From: Desulfobacteraceae bacterium
Lineage (GTDB): Bacteria; Desulfobacterota; Desulfobacteria; Desulfobacterales; SG8-13
Assembly (NCBI GenBank): GCA_029287875.1
Contig: JARFQH010000087.1
Location: 1 to 62,967, forward strand
Direction of reading: 5' to 3'
Length of the DNA: 62,967 nucleotides
Shown here: piece by piece, positions 57,984 to 62,967 of the stretch
Position numbering within the stretch: the first letter of the stretch is position 1
Layout: every line of letters starts with the position of its first letter
Notes under the pieces: generated by a model
What the model saw: only the letters and a program-made list of their open reading frames with translations
Databases searched by the model: none
What the model was told of the DNA's origin: nothing
Made by a program: the position numbers and the translations under genes

Positions 57984-58943
57984 TCAGATCGATGTCGGTT
58001 CGCGTTCGATAATCCCCGTCAGGCAGCCGACCGCGCCGGCAGCCTTGGCCAGTTCGCCGACCTCGATCGTCAGACAGCAGATACCGAGGTCCTCATAAAA
58101 GGCCTGGGTGTTGGGGTTCCCGGCCGGCATGAGGATTTTTCGCGGGCCGATGGTGACAAAGTTCAATGCAAATCCCCGAATCGCTTCGACCTCATCCGGA
58201 ATGAAATGAACGGTGTAGCCATGGTTGCGCAAAGCCTCCACCGCAACGTGGGACAGCTGGCGCGGCCAGGCGAGGGCCAGGCTGCGGTCGACCAACCGCA
58301 GCATTCCCATCAAATGCATGGTGCCGAACGGCAGGTCGACCTGGATGACCCGAACATTCATCTCCAGCAGCAGCGCGGTCACTTGGGATGCCCCTTCGGC
58401 GTTGGTGCGGAGCCCTCTGCCTAACATAACAGTTGACGGATCGATCCAGGCGGCATCGGCACCTTCGAAGGTTCCCCGACCCCGAACGGACTTCAGTATC
58501 GGCACACCCAGTTCGGCCAGTCGCCGGGCGACCCAGCGTTCTTCACCCGCCCGGACCGTTGACGCCGGCCGAGCCAGGACGGCGCCCTCCGGTGTCATGA
58601 ACATCAAATCGGAAACAAACATCTGGTTTGGTAAACTGGCCACTCCAGGCTCGACATAAAAGACCTTGATGCCGGCCTGGATGTACGCCTGAGCGAGCGT
58701 CTCGTGCTGACGACAGGATTTTTCCACATCCAGTCGAGCGAGCATCTGGACCGTGTCCGGGTTTTGCGTGGTTCGAAGTTCCGGACCCGGCCGGTGAAGA
58801 AGGACCGCTTTCAGTGCGGCCCATTCGTTTGACTGACCGTAATGGCCCCAGATGCGACCGGCTTCTTCTCGCAATGAACTTCTTCGCGGAGACCAACCGC
58901 GGCCGCCGTAAGCCGACGTGTTGTGCAGGAAATCTAAATTCAC
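57984..58943 (-). CDS. Amidinotransferase-fold guanidino-group-modifying enzyme (arginine deiminase / DDAH-like)
   Basis: 319 aa. The C-terminal active-site Cys context GAVGCLTGIIER and the overall pentein-like pattern (FVSDLMFMTPEGAV, MHLMGMLRLVD) support the call. Confidence 0.7.
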   Translation of the reverse strand: MNLDFLHNTSAYGGRGWSPRRSSLREEAGRIWGHYGQSNEWAALKAVLLHRPGPELRTTQNPDTVQMLARLDVEKSCRQHETLAQAYIQAGIKVFYVEPGVASLPNQMFVSDLMFMTPEGAVLARPASTVRAGEERWVARRLAELGVPILKSVRGRGTFEGADAAWIDPSTVMLGRGLRTNAEGASQVTALLLEMNVRVIQVDLPFGTMHLMGMLRLVDRSLALAWPRQLSHVAVEALRNHGYTVHFIPDEVEAIRGFALNFVTIGPRKILMPAGNPNTQAFYEDLGICCLTIEVGELAKAAGAVGCLTGIIEREPTSI

Positions 58944-59215
58944 CGACCCACCTCGATTTCTTTATATGGATTACAGCCCATGATCCACCTGCCGGACTGC
59001 CAGCCGAACCATTAGATCATCTAAACGGAATATTCAAGCCTATATGTCGTCATTGCGGTTTCGTCCCAATAAGGGCAAAAATTGACATTTCCGGCCGATA
59101 CAGTACAATTAACAATCATCGCTACTCTGCCCGATCAGCGGCGGTCGATTTGCCGGCGAACGTGTCGAGGTTGAGACCGCGAGTCACCGTAATCACTGAA
59201 TGAACAGGAGGGAAA

Positions 59216-59779
59216 ATGAAGCTATCGGCTATCGCAGCGATTGCAGTCATCGGTTTAGGTCTCGTTGGATTCAGCGGGTGTGCCCCCCGTACCCAAGTTG
59301 CGTTAAAATACCAACCGGCGCTCATCAAACAATTTCCCTGCCGCAAGAGCGTTTCAATCGTCACTTTTAAAGACGCTCGCAATAAAACTACAATCGGTGA
59401 AACGCAAAAGGGCGAGCCGATTTATGCGACCACCTCCGTCTCCGAATGGATATCCAGGGCACTCTACGATGAACTCAGGCGTGCCGGATGTCGGGTCGAA
59501 TATCACGACGCGGCTTATGCTTTCGATACCGATGTCACGCTCACTGGCGAAATCAAGGCCCTCAACCTAATTCAGATGACGTACACTGAATACGATTCCG
59601 ACATGCGCGTAAACATTATCCTCGAGAAGCACGGCCAACGGGAATTCAGCAAGGAGTATTACAGCACCTTCACGAAGAAGACGCTCCCATCTTCCGGTGT
59701 GTCCGAGGAGGTTCTCACCGAACTGCTGCAGGGAATGGTTCAGGAAATCGTACCGGACCTGCGCAGCCGTCTCGAGTGA
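59216..59779 (+). CDS. Lipoprotein of unknown function
   Basis: 187 aa. Signal peptide with lipobox (LVGFSGC). GGAGGG RBS. Confidence 0.7.
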   Translation: MKLSAIAAIAVIGLGLVGFSGCAPRTQVALKYQPALIKQFPCRKSVSIVTFKDARNKTTIGETQKGEPIYATTSVSEWISRALYDELRRAGCRVEYHDAAYAFDTDVTLTGEIKALNLIQMTYTEYDSDMRVNIILEKHGQREFSKEYYSTFTKKTLPSSGVSEEVLTELLQGMVQEIVPDLRSRLE

Positions 59780-59828
59780 AAAAGACTAAACTTCTTGTTC
59801 CCTTGATGCCGAAAATAAAACCTGTCAT

Positions 59829-60233
59829 TTGAAAGGACTTCTCGGCGTGGCCATTCAACAAAAGCGCGGTCCGGCAACAATCATCGGTGTCATGCAGCAG
59901 AAGGTGTTCGGACTACCAGTCGATCTTGCAGTCATTTTCAGCAACTATAAGAATGCCTACAAGAAGAGAATTGAAAAACGTCAGCGCTGGTTCATTGTTA
60001 GACTATCGTTCTTAAAGCCTTTCCTCGATTTGGACGAAAAAATCCTGCAGGTTACCACCGGGCACTCGCCCACAACCATTTTCGAGAAAATGGGCCTCGG
60101 TTGGCTTTTCGTTTATCTAAAACGATCGCTGCTGGTGTTTACCGACCGGCGTATCTTTCATGCAGCCTTTTCTTGGTGCCATGTCGGCCATCTTAGAAAT
60201 CTCCTTACTGGCTGTGGTCGGCACCGCCTATAG
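59829..60233 (+). CDS. Hypothetical protein (possibly frameshifted; continues in another frame to 60396)
   Basis: The 134-aa ORF has a TTG start and no recognised family. The overlapping ORF 60160..60396 encodes two hydrophobic helices and may be the displaced C-terminus. Confidence 0.35.
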   Translation: MKGLLGVAIQQKRGPATIIGVMQQKVFGLPVDLAVIFSNYKNAYKKRIEKRQRWFIVRLSFLKPFLDLDEKILQVTTGHSPTTIFEKMGLGWLFVYLKRSLLVFTDRRIFHAAFSWCHVGHLRNLLTGCGRHRL

Positions 60234-60486
60234 CAACCTGGTCCACGGCGAAAAATCGTTCTTGTTGGCCGGTGCCGTAACCCTTTTTATTCTCGAAAAA
60301 ATAGCCGTTGCCGTTCATGCCGGTGTTTTCATTAGAGAGTTTGTACTTCGCCAGAAAAAGTCAGACTTTCAATCAGTTAGCGATCAGGCCGGCTAATAAG
60401 ATCGTTCCAGGCGCTTGGCGTTCGGTGCGTTGCGATCGGTGATGCCGACCGATGCCGAAGCCCCCAGAAACCCTTTCGAAACCGCT

Positions 60487-61536
60487 CTACCGGTTCCAGG
60501 AAAAAAGCCACGCGCCAATCGCCAGGAAGGCAAGGGTCATCAAAGCCAGAACGGCCAGCTCAGGGCCCACGTCGATCAGCCCGGCGCCATCGTTCATGAT
60601 CTTTCTGACGGCCTTCAGGAGGTGGGTAAGGGGAAAAATATTTGCAAAGCTTTTGACCCAGTACGGCGCTCCTTCTATCGAGAACCAGACCTCGGACAGA
60701 AACATCATCGGCCAGGCGATGAAGTTCAATAATCCGGTGGCAAATTCCTCGCTGGTTCCCCGCGATGCGATCACCAACCCGAGTGCGGTCAAACTGAGGC
60801 TGCCGACGAAAAAAACGACCGCCAGATCCACATATGAGCCTTCAACGTGAAATGAAAAGATCAAATCGCAACCGATCCAAACCACCGCAAGGGTGAACAT
60901 CAGCAGAAAGATGCGCGAGAGCATCTGGGCGCTCAGATATTCGAAGGCCGTCAGCGGTGTCGCCTTCAAGCGCTTCAGTACGCCGTTTTTGCGGTAGCGG
61001 ACGACCACGTAACCCACCCCCCACAGTGCGCTGAACATCATGTTCATGGTCAGAATACCCGGAAAAAACCAGTCGACATAACGGATCTGCCGTCCGCTGA
61101 TTTCATTCTTTTGGGCCGGCAGACTCTGGCCCGGCGGGAGCAGGCTGCTGCGGAAGATTTTTTCCACGATATAGCCCTTGGGAGATGTATTGTTGAGCCA
61201 GTACGGGTAGGGTGGCGGACCGGCCTTTATCAGGAAATCGATTCTGTAGTGTTTGAGCTTGTCGAAGGCCTCGTCGGCGGTTTTGAACCCGACGAACTGG
61301 ATGTATTGTGTCCGACGAAACTGTTCGGGAATGTCCAAAGATGCCGGAACCGCGTTTTCGGTTTCAACGGGAAAGACGCCGACCTTGTATTCGGCATAGC
61401 GGTCGCCGCCGAAAATCAGGCCGAATCCGCCAATGATCAGGAACGGGAACAGGAAGTTCCAGCCGAAGGCGGCCCGATCACGTAAAAATTCACGATTTCT
61501 GGCGACAAAAAGCGTCCAGAGCCTGTTAAACTGCAT
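60487..61536 (-). CDS. ABC-2 type exporter permease
   Basis: 349 aa, with 6 TM helices after a large first loop. It lies directly downstream of the ATPase gene, separated by a 2-nt gap. Confidence 0.85.
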   Translation of the reverse strand: MQFNRLWTLFVARNREFLRDRAAFGWNFLFPFLIIGGFGLIFGGDRYAEYKVGVFPVETENAVPASLDIPEQFRRTQYIQFVGFKTADEAFDKLKHYRIDFLIKAGPPPYPYWLNNTSPKGYIVEKIFRSSLLPPGQSLPAQKNEISGRQIRYVDWFFPGILTMNMMFSALWGVGYVVVRYRKNGVLKRLKATPLTAFEYLSAQMLSRIFLLMFTLAVVWIGCDLIFSFHVEGSYVDLAVVFFVGSLSLTALGLVIASRGTSEEFATGLLNFIAWPMMFLSEVWFSIEGAPYWVKSFANIFPLTHLLKAVRKIMNDGAGLIDVGPELAVLALMTLAFLAIGAWLFSWNR

Positions 61537-61538
61537 GA

Positions 61539-62420
61539 CTATTCTCTCAGCTGACGTCCGGTCAATGTGAGGAAGACATCTTCGAGGTTCGGTGACCGCA
61601 CCGCCATGTCCTTCAGGTTGACATTCTTGGCGACGAGTTCCGCCACAAAGCCGTTGAGATCATCGGTCATCATCTCGATTCTGTCCTGAACAACTTGGAA
61701 GGGAACGGAAAGCGGCGGCAGTGACGGATTAAAACTCGTCGCCGGCAGCTCTACGGTGACACCGCCACAGTGGCGTTTGATCAGCTCCGCGGGAGATCCC
61801 CGGGCGATGATGCGGCCGTAATCCATAATGGCAATCTCGTCACACAAAGCCTGTGCTTCTTCCATGTTGTGGGTGGTCAGAACAATGGTTCGGCCGCCAG
61901 CCTTGATTTTCTGAACGACCTCCCAGAGATTGCGGCGCGCTTGGGGATCGAGACCGGTGGACGGTTCGTCGAGAAAAACCAGTTCGGGTTTGTTGACCAG
62001 TGCCAGAGCCAGCATAAAGCGCTGCCGCTGCCCGCCGGATATGCGGTCGTTGTATTGGTTCAGAAAGTCCTGCAGGTGACACATGGCGATCAGTTCCTGC
62101 AGATCGGCTGTTTTCGTATAAAGGTTTTGAAAAGTGGCCAGGGTTTCATGGACCGTCAGAAACGACAGCAGGGCGGTTTGCTGAAACAAAATTCCCACCT
62201 CTGCCCGAAACGTATCGGTCCGCGGTCGGCCCTTGTAGAGGATTTCGCCTTTCGTCGGAGCGATGATGTCCTCGATGACCTCTATGGTCGTCGTTTTGCC
62301 GGCACCGTTCGGACCCAACAAGCCGAAACAGGTTCCCTGCGGAATGGCAAAGGATACGCCCCTGACTGCCTCCGTACGGCCGTACTTCTTAATCAGGTTT
62401 TTTACTTCGAGAAGAGCCAT
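61539..62420 (-). CDS. ABC transporter ATP-binding protein (DrrA/CcmA-like exporter ATPase)
   Basis: 293 aa. Walker A is GPNGAGKTT, the signature is ISGGQRQR, and Walker B is VFLDEP. Confidence 0.92.
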   Translation of the reverse strand: MALLEVKNLIKKYGRTEAVRGVSFAIPQGTCFGLLGPNGAGKTTTIEVIEDIIAPTKGEILYKGRPRTDTFRAEVGILFQQTALLSFLTVHETLATFQNLYTKTADLQELIAMCHLQDFLNQYNDRISGGQRQRFMLALALVNKPELVFLDEPSTGLDPQARRNLWEVVQKIKAGGRTIVLTTHNMEEAQALCDEIAIMDYGRIIARGSPAELIKRHCGGVTVELPATSFNPSLPPLSVPFQVVQDRIEMMTDDLNGFVAELVAKNVNLKDMAVRSPNLEDVFLTLTGRQLRE

Positions 62421-62654
62421 CGATTATCACTTACAGGCTGTCGCTTTAGCACAAAACGGTCTAAATTTTAGCTACTATAACCATTCAAGCGAGGTTATCA
62501 ATCGGCATTTGGCTTGACAACAGTGACCACGGGGGTTAATTTCCCCTCGTTTCGCCGGCCCCCGTCGGCAGGGGTGCCGATCGCTGCGAACCGGCGAGGA
62601 ATGATTTTCACTGCGAAGCTATTTCGGGTGCACATGCAGTTATCTGGAGGAAGG

Positions 62655-62967
62655 ATGCCGGTTATTCTGTCGATCGTGGGTAAATCCGGAAGCGGGAAAA
62701 CGACGTTGATCGAAAAATTGGTCCCGGAGTTAAAGCGCCGGGGCATGCGGATCGGCACGATCAAGCATTCGGCTCACAAAATCGAGATGGACAAGCCCGG
62801 AAAGGACAGCTGGCGGCACAAGCAGGCCGGGGCCGATACCGTTCTGGTGGTGGCACCCCAAACCATCGCCATGGTCAAGAGCTTGCCTTCACCGAAGCTG
62901 GATGGACTCGAAAAATATTTCGACGACCTCGACCTGGTCCTGACCGAAGGGTTCAAATCCGGTCCCA
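62655..62967 (+). CDS. mobB: Molybdopterin-guanine dinucleotide biosynthesis adaptor protein MobB (3' end outside window)
   Basis: ATG at 62655 after GGAGGAAGG. MPVILSIVGKSGSGKTTLIEKLVPELKRRGMRIGTIKHSAHKIEMDKPGKDSWRH...VLTEGFK is the canonical MobB pattern. The ORF is absent from the track because it runs off the window. Confidence 0.85.
   Translation, partial: MPVILSIVGKSGSGKTTLIEKLVPELKRRGMRIGTIKHSAHKIEMDKPGKDSWRHKQAGADTVLVVAPQTIAMVKSLPSPKLDGLEKYFDDLDLVLTEGFKSGP

Noticed and set aside
62498-62764. 88-aa minus-strand ORF near the window end
   Set aside because: The plus strand at 62655 onward encodes an unmistakable MobB N-terminus with an RBS. The minus-strand ORF is its antisense shadow.

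Overview
This 62,967-bp chromosomal window is gene-dense. It probably comes from an anaerobic Desulfobacterota-type bacterium, an inference from gene content: multihaem cytochrome c, an HdrD/DsrK-like CCG protein, anaerobic GlpAB and a TGA-selenocysteine candidate. I found no rRNA, tRNA or CRISPR array.

Gene blocks in order:
1. A class III cyclase-TPR protein (121-1998).
2. A marR-cation/H+ antiporter operon, divergent from a KamA-family radical-SAM gene (2116-6104).
3. A TetR-controlled RND efflux operon with adaptor, pump and outer-membrane factor (6155-12887).
4. An acetoin/2-oxoacid dehydrogenase cluster (13762-22028): E2, E3, an in-frame LipB-LipA fusion, a Lin0512-family protein, E1 alpha, E1 beta, a decayed Zn-ADH remnant and AcoX.
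5. The most unusual block, an apparent 8-gene operon (22280-30515). It encodes a hexahaem cytochrome c fused to a NarI/DsrM-like membrane domain, a GcvH-like lipoyl carrier and an HdrD/DsrK/TmcB-like CCG iron-sulfur protein. It also encodes an OsmC-fold protein with an in-frame TGA at the peroxidatic Cys position. It ends with a private lipoylation set: an LplA-type ligase fused to a DUF116-like Cys-rich domain, a GGR-like flavoprotein and two LipS-type radical-SAM proteins.
6. An AT-richer methyltransferase, a RAYT/IS200-like transposase stub, a PTPS/QueD-like gene and a decayed stretch (30565-32512).
7. A complete glycerol locus (32612-46092): ABC importer with a DUF2160 protein, glpR, glpAB, glpK and an Fe-ADH. 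It carries a recurring palindromic operator candidate and a 118-bp tandem repeat in the transporter leader.
8. A membrane-anchored P-loop GTPase followed by mazEF (46484-49017).
9. Threonine dehydratase and an arginine/ornithine-related neighbourhood (49142-58943): LOR/SDH-like protein, carbamate kinase, COG2403-type protein and an amidinotransferase-fold enzyme.
10. Assorted genes: lytic transglycosylase, SDR, PilZ, lipoprotein, ABC-2 exporter and a partial mobB.

Many long ORFs in the track are antisense shadows of GC-rich genes. Several real genes needed their start trimmed to an internal ATG with a Shine-Dalgarno sequence.
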